A DNA stretch of 55,743 bases, taken from the NCBI GenBank assembly GCA_036556125.1, contig DATBJZ010000007.1:1-55743 (forward strand), written 5' to 3'. How positions within the stretch are numbered: position 1 is the stretch's first letter; each line of letters begins with the position of its first letter. This document shows, piece after piece, positions 36,376-45,114 of this stretch. The position numbers and the translations under genes are program-made. Source of the stretch: Gemmatimonadota bacterium. Its GTDB lineage: Bacteria; Gemmatimonadota; Gemmatimonadetes; JACCXV01. The notes beneath the pieces are model-generated. The model was not told the origin of the DNA, searched no databases, and saw only the letters and a list, made by a program, of their open reading frames with translations.

Positions 36376-38079
36376 ATGACCCTCGTCCGGGCCGCGGCTG
36401 CGGCCGCGTTCGCGCTGTTGGTGTCCGCGTTCGTCGCGCCGGACGCGGCCGCGGCCGCGCTGCAGAATCCGCCGAACGCACGCGACGACCGGGCGAGCAC
36501 GCGGCAGAACCGCGGCGTGGCGATCCCCGTCCTCTTCAACGACTCCGGCAGCGGCCTCCGCGTGACCGCGCTGGACGACCCGCCCAACGGGTCGGCCTCG
36601 ATCGGGCTCCTCGACTTCGTCACCTACGACCCGGATCCGGGCTTTCGCGGCACGGACGTCTTCTCGTACACCGTGACGGACGCGGACGGGGAGACCGATT
36701 CGGCGCTGGTCACGGTGACGGTCGGGCAGGAGGGCGGGAACGAGCCGCCCGACGGCGAGATCGACGAGCCGGATGGGGACGTCACGATCGACGCGGGCGG
36801 CGCGGTGATCTTCGAGGGCGAGGCCGACGACGACGAGGACGACGAGGACGACCTGACGTGGTCCTGGAGCTTCCCGGGAGGCGCGCCGGAGACCAGCGAC
36901 GAGGAGGACCCCGGTCCGGTCGTCTTCTCGACGCCGGGGACGTTCGTCGTCCAGCTGGTCGTCACGGACCGGGACGGCGCGTCGGATCCCGCGCCGCCCA
37001 CGCGGCAGGTCACGGTCCTGGGGCCGCCCGCAAACCTGCCGCCGGAGGGGACGATCGTCTCGCCGTCGGGGGACGTGACGATCCACGCGGGCGAGAGCGT
37101 CACCTTCGAGGCCGCCGCCAACGACCCCGACGGGACCGTGGCGTCGGTGAGCTGGGACTTCGGCGGCGGAGCGCCCGCCTCGAGCGAGCTCGTCCCGGGC
37201 GCGGTCACCTTCGCGCAGGCGGGCACGTTCACGGTGACGTTCGTGGCCACCGACGACGACGGCGCCCCGGATCCCGCGCCTCCCACGCGCGTCGTCACCG
37301 TGCTGCCGGCCGGAGGGAACCAGCGGCCCCAGGCCACGATCCTCACGCCGTCGACCGACCGGACCCTCCTGGCCGGCGAGGGCGTCGACTTCACCGGGAC
37401 CGCGGCCGACCCGGACGGAACCATCACCGCCTGGCGCTGGGACTTCGGCGGCGGCGCGCCGGCCTCGACGCAGCAGAACCCCGGGCTCGTCCGGTTCTTC
37501 ACGCCGGGAGTGTACGAGGTCACGTTCACGGCGTTCGACGACGACGGCGAGAGCGATCCGGTCGCCGACCGGCGGCTGATCATCGTGGTCCCGCCGCCGC
37601 CGGTGAACCAGCCCCCCTCGGCGACGATCACGCAGCCGCCGGGACCGGTCACGATCGCGGTCGGGGAGAGCGTCACGTTCTCCGGCAGCGCGTCCGACCC
37701 CGACGGCTCGGTCGTGGCGTGGCTGTGGAACTTCGCGGGGGGCGCGCCCAACCGGGGCGTCGAAGATCCCGGGCCCGTCACGTTCACGATTCCCGGCACG
37801 TTCCGCGTGAGCTTCAACGTCACCGACAACGACGGCGCGAGCGACCCGTCGCCGCCGTCGGTCGTCGTCACCGTGCAGGGGCCGCCGGGCGGCGGCCAGG
37901 CGAGGCTCAACGTCGAGACGGAGCAGCCGGGCAGCGCGGATCGCGTGGACGGCCACGACGTGATGTTCGTGCTCCGCGCCACGCGCACGCAGGACCTGCG
38001 GGCCGACGTGAACCTGGACGGGCGCGTGGACGAAACCGACGTGCAGCTCGTGCTGGCCGGGCTGGGGGACGTCGAATGA
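36376..38079 (+). CDS. Secreted adhesin-like protein: cadherin-like N-domain, four PKD domains, C-terminal dockerin-like module
   Basis: Signal MTLVRAAAAAAFALLVSAFVAPDAAAA. N-domain ARDDRASTRQNRGVAIPVLFNDSG..FVTYDPDPGFRGTDVFSYTVTDADGETD. Four ~95-aa repeats with W.(W/F)..GGAP...PG.V.F...GT(F/Y).V....D.DGA.DP. The C-terminus has two Ca-loop-like segments, SADRVDGHDVMFVLRA and ADVNLDGRVDETDVQLVLAGLG. Confidence 0.8.
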   Translation: MTLVRAAAAAAFALLVSAFVAPDAAAAALQNPPNARDDRASTRQNRGVAIPVLFNDSGSGLRVTALDDPPNGSASIGLLDFVTYDPDPGFRGTDVFSYTVTDADGETDSALVTVTVGQEGGNEPPDGEIDEPDGDVTIDAGGAVIFEGEADDDEDDEDDLTWSWSFPGGAPETSDEEDPGPVVFSTPGTFVVQLVVTDRDGASDPAPPTRQVTVLGPPANLPPEGTIVSPSGDVTIHAGESVTFEAAANDPDGTVASVSWDFGGGAPASSELVPGAVTFAQAGTFTVTFVATDDDGAPDPAPPTRVVTVLPAGGNQRPQATILTPSTDRTLLAGEGVDFTGTAADPDGTITAWRWDFGGGAPASTQQNPGLVRFFTPGVYEVTFTAFDDDGESDPVADRRLIIVVPPPPVNQPPSATITQPPGPVTIAVGESVTFSGSASDPDGSVVAWLWNFAGGAPNRGVEDPGPVTFTIPGTFRVSFNVTDNDGASDPSPPSVVVTVQGPPGGGQARLNVETEQPGSADRVDGHDVMFVLRATRTQDLRADVNLDGRVDETDVQLVLAGLGDVE

Positions 38080-38648
38080 TCCGCCGCACGGACGCATCGC
38101 CGCTCCTGGCCGGCGTGCTCGCCCTGGCACTCGCCGCGGCGGGATGCGGCGGTGGATCCTCGTCCGACATCCTCTCGCCCCGCGGCGTCGGAGTGAGCCT
38201 CCAGCCGCTCGAGACCGTGGGTCTCCCCGCCGTGGCGCTCGAGCTCGCCGCCGTGTCCGGATCCGAGCTCGCCCTCGAGCTCTCGGGCTCGGGCCTCGAG
38301 GGTGCCGCGGGCGTCGTCTTCGAGCTGCGCTACGATCCCGCGCTCCTGGAGTTCACCGGCGTCGGCCCGGGCACGTTCTTCGGGGACGGATCGAGGATCG
38401 GGGCGGAGGTCACCGAGACCGAACCCGGCGTCCTCGTCGGCGTGGCCGCGGGCTCCGATCCCGGCGAGGGCCGGAACGGAAGCGGGGCGCTGCTCACGCT
38501 GGGCTTCCGGCTCCGCCAGCTGCGCGACGCCGAGACCACGCTCGTGTTCGGCGCCGAGGAGAGCGCGGTCTACGGGACGGAGACGATCCAGGGACAGCAC
38601 GCGTTCATCGGGGCGCGGCTCGTCACGCGCATCCGGACGACTCCGTAG
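38076..38648 (+). CDS. Cohesin-like domain lipoprotein
   Basis: Lipobox LAAAGC. LELSGSGLEGAAGVVFELRYDPALLEFTGVGPGTFF..GVLVGVAAGS..GSGALLTLGFRL fits the cohesin pattern (..f.l.YDp..Le...v..G...). ATGA overlap with the upstream dockerin-bearing gene. Confidence 0.65.
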   Translation: MIRRTDASPLLAGVLALALAAAGCGGGSSSDILSPRGVGVSLQPLETVGLPAVALELAAVSGSELALELSGSGLEGAAGVVFELRYDPALLEFTGVGPGTFFGDGSRIGAEVTETEPGVLVGVAAGSDPGEGRNGSGALLTLGFRLRQLRDAETTLVFGAEESAVYGTETIQGQHAFIGARLVTRIRTTP

Positions 38649-39240
38649 CCGTCTCGGCGGGGCCGGGCTCCGCGCGGATCCGCCCGCCGCGGCGGACGTC
38701 CTCCCGCGCCTCTCGCCGGGCCGTGCTTCACGGCGGCACCCGTCGTTCCGCGAGGCCGGGTCCCGGCGAGGGGGCCGCGCCGGGCGGGGGCGGATCGAGC
38801 CGGGGGAGCGGGGGCGCCACGATTTTCGGCCCGGGACGCCCCACGATGGAACGGCGGCGGCTGCGGCCGCGGCGGCCGTCCGCGGATTCGGGAGCGCGGC
38901 CGCTGCGTCCGCGGAGGCGGCGGAGATCCCGCGACGGACCCGAGCTCGCCGGCAGGGATCGTCCGTCCGGTTGCCGGACACGAACGCGGTCGGCGGTCGC
39001 GCCGGCCGCCGGAGGGTTGCCGCGGCGCTTGCAGCGCACGCCGCGTCCAGCCACATCCGGCGGCGCGGCAACCCCGATCCGGCTCCAAGGCTCCGGGTCG
39101 CAACCGGGGCGATCCCCCGGCAGGGCCCGCGCCGCCTGTCGATCCGCAGCCCGACGTCCCGCCGCCGCCGTCCCACGCTCGCTGGCGGAGCCCGCGCCCG
39201 CCGTCGAGATTGACGTCGCCACCGGGGGAGGGAGCGGACG

Positions 39241-40239
39241 ATGCAGCGGCCGATCGTGCTCGGGATCGTCGGCGACAGCGGCGCGGGCAAGACGACGCTC
39301 GCCGAGGGGCTGGCGGAGCTCCTGGGCCGCGAGCGCGTCACGCTCGTCTCCGCCGACGACTACCACCGCTGGGACCGCGCGGAGCGCGCCGCGCGCGGCG
39401 TGTCGCCGCTGGATCCCGACAGCAACCACCTCGACATCCTGGAGCTGCACCTCGAGCGGCTGCACTACGGCCAGCCGATCCTGAAGCCCGTCTACGATCA
39501 CGCCCACGGCACGCTCGTCCGGCCCGAGTACGTGCGGCCGCTCGAGTACGTGATCGTCGAGGGCCTGCTCGGCTTCGGCAGCGAGGTCCTCCGCCAGTTC
39601 TACGACGTGCGCGTCTTCCTCGACCCCGCCGAGGACCTGCGGAGGGTGTGGAAGATCGAGCGCGACACGGCGCTCCGGGGCTATGCCCCGGAGCGCGCGA
39701 TCGATGAGCTCGCGAGGAACGAGCCGCTCGCGGCGGCGTTCGTCCGTCCCCAGCGGGAGCACGCGCACGTCGTGGTCCGCTTCCAGCCGTCGCGGGGGGG
39801 GCCGGCGGAGCGCGCGGGCGGAGACCTCGACGTGCGCCTGGTGCTGCGGCCGACGATCCCCCACCCGGACCTCACCGGGCTGCTGGACGGCGGCCGCCCC
39901 GCCGGCGGCGTGCGGCTCGGGCTCGGTCGGGACGGAGGGCGGCCGGTGGACATCCTCGAGATCGACGGCCGGGTCTCCCCCGGCGAGGCCGACGCGCTGA
40001 CGCGGGAGATCTGGCGCCACCTCCCGGACCTGCGGCCCATCGCGCCCGGGCTCTTCGGCCGGTACTTCGAGGGCTCCGAGCCGCGGCGCAGCCAGACGCT
40101 CGCGCTCACGCAGCTCCTGCTCGTCTACCACGTGCTGCGCGCGCAGGCGGGGCTCGCCGCGCGGCGCTTCGCGCCCCCGGTCGCGGCGCTCAGCCGGCTG
40201 CGCACGGCGGAGCCCGCCCGGTCCGGCGGTGCGGCGTGA
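39241..40239 (+). CDS. prk: Phosphoribulokinase-like (PRK/uridine kinase family) protein
   Basis: P-loop IVLGIVGDSGAGKTTLAEGL. Collinear with class II PRK: DDYHRWDRAERAARGVSPLDPDSNHLDILELHLERLHYGQPILKPVYDHAHGTL..VIVEGL..VRVFLDPAEDLRRVWKIERDTALRGY. RBS GGGAGG. Confidence 0.7.
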   Translation: MQRPIVLGIVGDSGAGKTTLAEGLAELLGRERVTLVSADDYHRWDRAERAARGVSPLDPDSNHLDILELHLERLHYGQPILKPVYDHAHGTLVRPEYVRPLEYVIVEGLLGFGSEVLRQFYDVRVFLDPAEDLRRVWKIERDTALRGYAPERAIDELARNEPLAAAFVRPQREHAHVVVRFQPSRGGPAERAGGDLDVRLVLRPTIPHPDLTGLLDGGRPAGGVRLGLGRDGGRPVDILEIDGRVSPGEADALTREIWRHLPDLRPIAPGLFGRYFEGSEPRRSQTLALTQLLLVYHVLRAQAGLAARRFAPPVAALSRLRTAEPARSGGAA

Positions 40240-41030
40240 GGCCCGTCCGTCTCGCGCCCTCGATCCTCTCGGCCGACTTCGCGCGGCTCGAGGCGCACGC
40301 GGCGGAGGCGCTCTCGGCCGGCGCCGGCTGGCTCCACGTGGACGTGATGGATGGGCACTTCGTCCCGAACCTCACGATGGGCCCGGCGGTCGTTCGCGCG
40401 CTCGGCCCGCTCGCGCGGCGCACCGGCGCGGAGCTCGACGTCCACCTGATGGTCGAGGAGCCCGACCGTTTCGTGGGCGCCTTCGCCGAGGCGGGCGCGA
40501 CCCGCCTCACGGTGCACGTGGAGGTCTGCCCCCACCTGCACCGCACGCTTCAGGCGATCCGCGAGGCCGGCGTGAAGCCCGGCGTGACGCTGAACCCGGC
40601 GACGCCGCTCGCAGCGCTGGAGGAGGTGCTCGCGGAGGTGGATCTCGTGCTCGTGATGTCGGTGAATCCGGGGTTCGGCGGCCAGCGCTACATCCCCGGC
40701 AGCACGGATCGGCTCCGCCGGCTCCGCCGGAAGCTGGACGAGATCGGCTCGCCGGCCTGGCTCGAGGTGGACGGGGGGATCGACGAGACCACGGCGGGGG
40801 ACGCCGTCGCGGCGGGCGCGGACGTGCTGGTCGCCGGCAGCGCCGTGTTCGGCGGCCGCCGCTCGGTCGCGGACAACGTGCGCGCGATCCTTGCGGCGGC
40901 GGAGGCGGCGGCGGGCGCCCGGGAGGGTCCGGCCGCGGCCCGCGGGGGCGGATCGCCGGCGCCGGAGAGGGAGCGCCCGGATCGCGTGCAAAGTCGCGGT
41001 GGCGCGGCCGGCGCGCGGCGCGCACCGTGA
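40236..41030 (+). CDS. rpe: Ribulose-phosphate 3-epimerase with an Ala/Gly/Arg-rich C-terminal tail
   Basis: APSILSADFARL, WLHVDVMDGHFVPNLTMGP, LDVHLMV, LVMSVNPGFGGQ, LEVDGGI. GTGA overlap with the prk stop. Confidence 0.92.
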   Translation: MRPVRLAPSILSADFARLEAHAAEALSAGAGWLHVDVMDGHFVPNLTMGPAVVRALGPLARRTGAELDVHLMVEEPDRFVGAFAEAGATRLTVHVEVCPHLHRTLQAIREAGVKPGVTLNPATPLAALEEVLAEVDLVLVMSVNPGFGGQRYIPGSTDRLRRLRRKLDEIGSPAWLEVDGGIDETTAGDAVAAGADVLVAGSAVFGGRRSVADNVRAILAAAEAAAGAREGPAAARGGGSPAPERERPDRVQSRGGAAGARRAP

Positions 41031-41062
41031 ACGGTCGTCGGAACCCGACCCACGGAGGGCCC

Positions 41063-41638
41063 ATGACCTGCACCCGCCGATCCGCGCGCGGCGCCGTCGT
41101 CCGGACCGCCGGCGCCTCGACATCCCTGGTCCTGCTGCTCGCGGCGGCCGCCGCGGCGGCGTGCAGCGGTGAGCGGCGCACCGAATCACCCGGGGCGCGA
41201 GCCCTGCTCCGGAACGCGGCCGGCCAGGAGGTCGGAACCGCGACGCTGGTGGAGGAGGGGGACCGGGTGCGGGTCGAGGTCGACGTGAGCGGACTGCCGG
41301 CCGGAGAGCACGGCATCCACGTGCACCAGACCGGCGCGTGCGAACCGCCCTCCTTCGAGTCGGCGGGAGAGCACGTCAACCCCGAGTCCCGGCAGCACGG
41401 GCTGGAGAATCCCCAGGGTCCCCACGCCGGCGACCTGCCCAACCTGGAAGTCGGCCAGGACGGCCGGGGACGCCTCGACACCGCCACCGACCGCCTGTCG
41501 CTCTCGGGGGGACCGGCCAACCCGCTGGACGCCGACGGGAGCGCGCTGGTCGTGCACGCGGGGCGCGACGACCAGCGCACGGATCCCTCGGGGAACAGCG
41601 GCGACCGGATCGCCTGCGGGGTGATCGAGCGGGGCTGA
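41063..41638 (+). CDS. sodC: Cu/Zn superoxide dismutase (lipoprotein/periplasmic)
   Basis: Lipobox AAAAAC. HGIHVHQTGAC, GEHVNP, GPHAGDLPNLEV, ALVVHAGRDDQRTDPSGNSGDRIACGVI. Confidence 0.92.
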   Translation: MTCTRRSARGAVVRTAGASTSLVLLLAAAAAAACSGERRTESPGARALLRNAAGQEVGTATLVEEGDRVRVEVDVSGLPAGEHGIHVHQTGACEPPSFESAGEHVNPESRQHGLENPQGPHAGDLPNLEVGQDGRGRLDTATDRLSLSGGPANPLDADGSALVVHAGRDDQRTDPSGNSGDRIACGVIERG

Positions 41639-41722
41639 CCGCGCGATCGCCGGGGATTGACCGGACCGCGGCCGCGACCCATCTTGTTGTCCCGCCGACG
41701 CTTGAGGCTCCCCTCGACGTTC

Positions 41723-41794
41723 GTCCCCATCGTCTAGAGGTCAGGACACCGGCCTTTCAAGCCGGCAACGCGGGTTCGATTCCCGCTGGGGACG
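41723..41794 (+). tRNA. tRNA-Glu (anticodon UUC)
   Basis: Hand-folded cloverleaf. Acceptor GTCCCCA/TGGGGAC. D-arm GTCT..GGAC. Anticodon stem CCGGC/GCCGG with loop CTTTCAA. T-arm GCGGG-TTCGATT-CCCGC. Discriminator G. CCA is not encoded. Confidence 0.9.
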
Positions 41795-41938
41795 CTTTCC
41801 CCGGGACGCCCCGCTGCCCGCGCCGTTCAACGGGCCGTGGAGTCGTCCGCGCTCCTCCGCTATCCTCGGTGAACCTCGCGGCTGCGGGTCCGGCGATCCA
41901 CGGCCCCCTCGCACGTCCCCTCTCCGAGCAGGCATTCG

Positions 41939-43243
41939 ATGACCCTCAGAAGCTCACTCTGCATCCTCGTCTCCGCCGCCGCGCTCGCGGCCTGCGCGCA
42001 GGGGCGGGCGGCCGACGCGGGCCAGACCGCGGCGCGGCGCACGCCCGAGGCCACCGCCGGAACACCGCGGGCCCCGGACCCGGAGGCGCCGGTTGCGGAG
42101 CAGCCCTGCCCTCCCGTCGAGACGCGCGAGCCGAATGCCGCGGGGCAGCGGCCGGCCTTCCCCGGCCAGACTCGGACGTGCGCCGTGAGGTCCGCGGTGG
42201 CCTTCGACGTCGTGGTCCTGGCGCGCGGCCTCGAGCACCCGTGGGCGGTGGAGCCGCTGCCCGGCGGCGACCTGCTCGTGACGGAACGTCCCGGACGGAT
42301 GCGGATCGTGTCGGCGGCCGGCGACGTCGGTCCTCCGATCGCGGGGCTCCCTCGCGTCCAGTCCACGCGACAGGGAGGCCTTCTCGACGTCGCGCTCGGC
42401 CCGGCGTTCGATTCGGACCGCACGGTGTTCTGGAGCTTCACCGAGCCGCGTGAGGGCGGGAACGGCACGAGCGTTGCCCGCGGCGTGCTCTCGGCGGACG
42501 GCGGGCGGCTGGACGACGTGCGCGTGATCTTCCGCTCGCGGCCGACGTACGACGGGGAGCTGCACTTCGGGTCGCGGCTCGTCTTCGGACCGGACGGGAT
42601 GCTGTACGTGACGATGGGCGAGCGGTCGGTTGAGGAGATGCGGCCGTACGCGCAGCGCCTCGACAGCCACCTCGGGAAGACCCTCCGGATCCGCCCGGAC
42701 GGTTCGCCCCCGCCCGACAACCCCTTCGTCGGAGAGGGCGAGGCCCTGCCCGAGATCTGGACCGTGGGACATCGCAACGTTCAGGCGGCGGCGTTCGACC
42801 AGGAAGGCCGTCTGTGGGAGGTCGAGCACGGGACCAACGGAGGGGACGAGCTGAACCTGATCGAGCGCGGGAAGAACTACGGCTGGCCGAAGCAGGCGTA
42901 CGGCGAGGAGTATTCGGGCGAGCCCATTCCCGGGGCGCAGACCGCGCCCCCCGGTTTCCAGCAGCCCGTCTACTACTGGGATCCGGTGATCGCCCCGTCC
43001 GGGGCGCAGGTCTACACGGGTGAGGCGTTCCCGGCGTGGCGCGGCAGCCTGTTCATCGGCAGCCTCCGGGATCAGAGGCTGGTGCGCCTGACGCTCGACG
43101 CCGAACGCGTGACCGGCGAGGAGCACCTGCTCGCCGACCGCGGACAGCGCGTGCGCGACGTGAGGCAGGGGGCCGACGGAGCGCTGTACCTGGTCACGGA
43201 CGAGCCCGAGGGCGAGCTCTGGAAGATCGTCCCCCCGCGCTGA
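41939..43243 (+). CDS. PQQ-dependent sugar dehydrogenase (soluble aldose/sorbosone dehydrogenase, YliI-like), lipoprotein
   Basis: Lipobox LAACAQG. LEHPWAVEPLPGGDLLVTERPGRMRIV, HLGKTLRIRPDGSPPPDNPF, WTVGHRNVQAAAFDQEGRLWEVEHGTNGGDELNLIERGKNYGWP. Confidence 0.85.
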   Translation: MTLRSSLCILVSAAALAACAQGRAADAGQTAARRTPEATAGTPRAPDPEAPVAEQPCPPVETREPNAAGQRPAFPGQTRTCAVRSAVAFDVVVLARGLEHPWAVEPLPGGDLLVTERPGRMRIVSAAGDVGPPIAGLPRVQSTRQGGLLDVALGPAFDSDRTVFWSFTEPREGGNGTSVARGVLSADGGRLDDVRVIFRSRPTYDGELHFGSRLVFGPDGMLYVTMGERSVEEMRPYAQRLDSHLGKTLRIRPDGSPPPDNPFVGEGEALPEIWTVGHRNVQAAAFDQEGRLWEVEHGTNGGDELNLIERGKNYGWPKQAYGEEYSGEPIPGAQTAPPGFQQPVYYWDPVIAPSGAQVYTGEAFPAWRGSLFIGSLRDQRLVRLTLDAERVTGEEHLLADRGQRVRDVRQGADGALYLVTDEPEGELWKIVPPR

Positions 43244-43252
43244 GCCCGCCGT

Positions 43253-43966
43253 TCAGAACGGCCGGTGCGAGCGCCAGTCGCGGATCTCGTCTCCGGTCTT
43301 GCGGAGGAACGCGACGTTGCCGGGTGCGAGCTTGAGCCGCCAGTCGCGCTCGAGCGGGTTCTGAAGGATCCGCCGGCCGGTGGCGAGCAGCCGGTTCCAG
43401 GCGGGCGGCCGGGCGGCGAGCGCGGACACCCGCCGATAGGGCCGGTTCCGCAGCGCGTAGGAGATCACCTTCCGGACCGCCGGCAGCCACAGGTCGTCGA
43501 ACGCCACGTGCCCGCCGACGGGGAGCAGCCGGTCCACGTAGAAGAAGTCCACCAGCGTGAAGTCGAAGCGGTGGTTCCCGTCCACGAACGCGAAGTCGAA
43601 CCGCTCGCCCTCCGCGCACAGGCGCGGCAGGACCTGGTCCGAGCGCTCTTCGTAGAAGCGCAGCAGGTCGGCGAGCCCGGCGTGCTCCACGTTGTGCAGC
43701 CCGCCGCCCCCGAACCGCTCCGTCTGGGACGGATCGATCGCCGTGTGCCGGCCGGCGCCGTTGTCGCGGAGCGCCTGGCAGATGAAGAGCGTGGACATCC
43801 CGTACGCCATCCCGGTCTCGAGCGTGCGGAGCGGCCGCTCGCGCCGAACGAACTCGTAGAGCAGGGCCCCCGTCTCGAACCGGATCGAGGACGAGGCGTG
43901 CCCCAGCGCGCTCCCGTCGCGATCCGCGTAGTGAAGCTGGAAGATCCGGTCGAGCGTGTCGTTCAC
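43253..43966 (-). CDS. Class I SAM-dependent methyltransferase (Methyltransf_24/O-MTase-like)
   Basis: LRTLETGMAYGMSTLFICQAL (motif I region), HTAIDP, FDFAFVDGNHRFDFTLVDFFYVDRLLPVGGHVAFDD. Start set at in-frame GTG 43966 (VNDTLDRIF); the longer ORF to 44257 overlaps the divergent gene. Confidence 0.7.
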   Translation of the reverse strand: MNDTLDRIFQLHYADRDGSALGHASSSIRFETGALLYEFVRRERPLRTLETGMAYGMSTLFICQALRDNGAGRHTAIDPSQTERFGGGGLHNVEHAGLADLLRFYEERSDQVLPRLCAEGERFDFAFVDGNHRFDFTLVDFFYVDRLLPVGGHVAFDDLWLPAVRKVISYALRNRPYRRVSALAARPPAWNRLLATGRRILQNPLERDWRLKLAPGNVAFLRKTGDEIRDWRSHRPF

Positions 43967-44073
43967 GGGACGCGCGTCTCCGGCGGTCGGTCCGGGCGCC
44001 GCCACGGAAGGCGTTCGGCGCCGGGATGCCGGAAACTGGCGCGCCCGCGCGTCGAGCGGGAGAACCCCGTCCG

Positions 44074-45042
44074 ATGACCTCGAGGCTGCTCCTCTTCGGC
44101 GCCTCCGCGTCCCTGATCTCGAGGCGGCTGCTCGAGCTCGCGGTCGCGGAGGCGCCCCGGCGTGGGCTGGTGATCGCGGGGGTCTGCGACACGGACCGCC
44201 GGCCCCCGCCGCCTGGACGCGTCGCGGCCCCCATCCGCCTGGGCCGTCTCGGCGCACGGCTCGTCTTCGGCCCGGACCGCGACCTGCCGCGCTCCAATCC
44301 CCCGTTCTGGTCGCTGGCGGCGCTCGCCCGGCGTGCCGGGGCGCCGCTGGTGGTCCCGCCGCGCCGCGACGTGAACGACCCCGCGTTCGTGCGCGCCGTT
44401 CGCGAGGAGCTCCGCGCCGATCTGGCGCTCGTCTGCGCGTGCGCGCAGGTCTTCCGGCGCCCGCTGCTCGATGCCTTCGACGCGGCGGTGAACTATCACA
44501 ACGGCCTGCTTCCCGCGTACGGCGGCCTGATGGCGACCTCCTGGTCGATCTATCGCGGGGAGCGGGAGACCGGCTTCAGCTACCACCGCATGACACCCCA
44601 GGTGGACGGCGGTCCGCTTCTGCTCCAGGGAGCGCTGCCGATCCGCGACGGCTGGAGCCTGGGCCGCCTCGAGGCGGAGAAGACGCGTCTCGCGGCCGCC
44701 GCGCTGCCCGAGGTGCTCGGCAGGCTGGCACGGCGCGATCCCGGGCGGCCCCAGGTCGGCGACCGGCTCTACTTCGGCCGCCAGGCCTGGCGTCGCGTCC
44801 GGGACGTCGACGATCCGTCCGCCCTGCCGTCGGACGAGCTCGGGCGGCGGCTCCGCGCGTTCGCGCAGCTCCGGATCCGCATCGACGGCCGCAGACTTCC
44901 GGTGACGGCGGTCGGGCCCGCTCGGCACGGCCAGCCGCTGGCGTTCCGCACCGCCGACGGACGGCTGCTCCGGCCCACGCGGCTGCGCGAGCTGCCGCCG
45001 GCCGTGCACTCCGCGCTCCGGCGTTTCCTCGACGGGCGCTGA
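44074..45042 (+). CDS. Formyltransferase family protein (Fmt/ArnA-N/sugar N-formyltransferase-like)
   Basis: MTSRLLLFGAS.., catalytic region NYHNGLLPAYGGLMATSWSIYRGERETGFSYHRMTPQVDGGPLLLQ (Asn/His/Asp triad context). Start ATG 44074. Confidence 0.75.
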   Translation: MTSRLLLFGASASLISRRLLELAVAEAPRRGLVIAGVCDTDRRPPPPGRVAAPIRLGRLGARLVFGPDRDLPRSNPPFWSLAALARRAGAPLVVPPRRDVNDPAFVRAVREELRADLALVCACAQVFRRPLLDAFDAAVNYHNGLLPAYGGLMATSWSIYRGERETGFSYHRMTPQVDGGPLLLQGALPIRDGWSLGRLEAEKTRLAAAALPEVLGRLARRDPGRPQVGDRLYFGRQAWRRVRDVDDPSALPSDELGRRLRAFAQLRIRIDGRRLPVTAVGPARHGQPLAFRTADGRLLRPTRLRELPPAVHSALRRFLDGR

Positions 45043-45114
45043 CGCGCCACCGACCGGGGTCGCCCGCGGGGGAGCCGCGCGGCCGGTGCCGACGCGGCGG
45101 GAGAGGGGTCGGCG

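Noticed and set aside
38570-39103. 177-aa minus-strand ORF and overlapping plus-strand ORFs in the 592-bp gap
   Set aside because: Every frame gives low-complexity Arg/Pro/Gly sequence with no start context or motifs. The region is treated as non-coding and reported as an unexplained gap instead.
38649-39240. RNase P RNA, tmRNA or SRP RNA in the long gap
   Set aside because: I found no GAGGAAAGTCC-type P4 motif, no tRNA-like acceptor end with a tag ORF, and no SRP domain IV motif by eye. An Infernal scan is still needed for certainty.
41723-41938. Genomic island or integrase attachment site at tRNA-Glu
   Set aside because: I saw no integrase gene and no direct repeat of the tRNA 3' end downstream. 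The flanking genes (sodC, PQQ dehydrogenase) look like ordinary chromosome at native GC.
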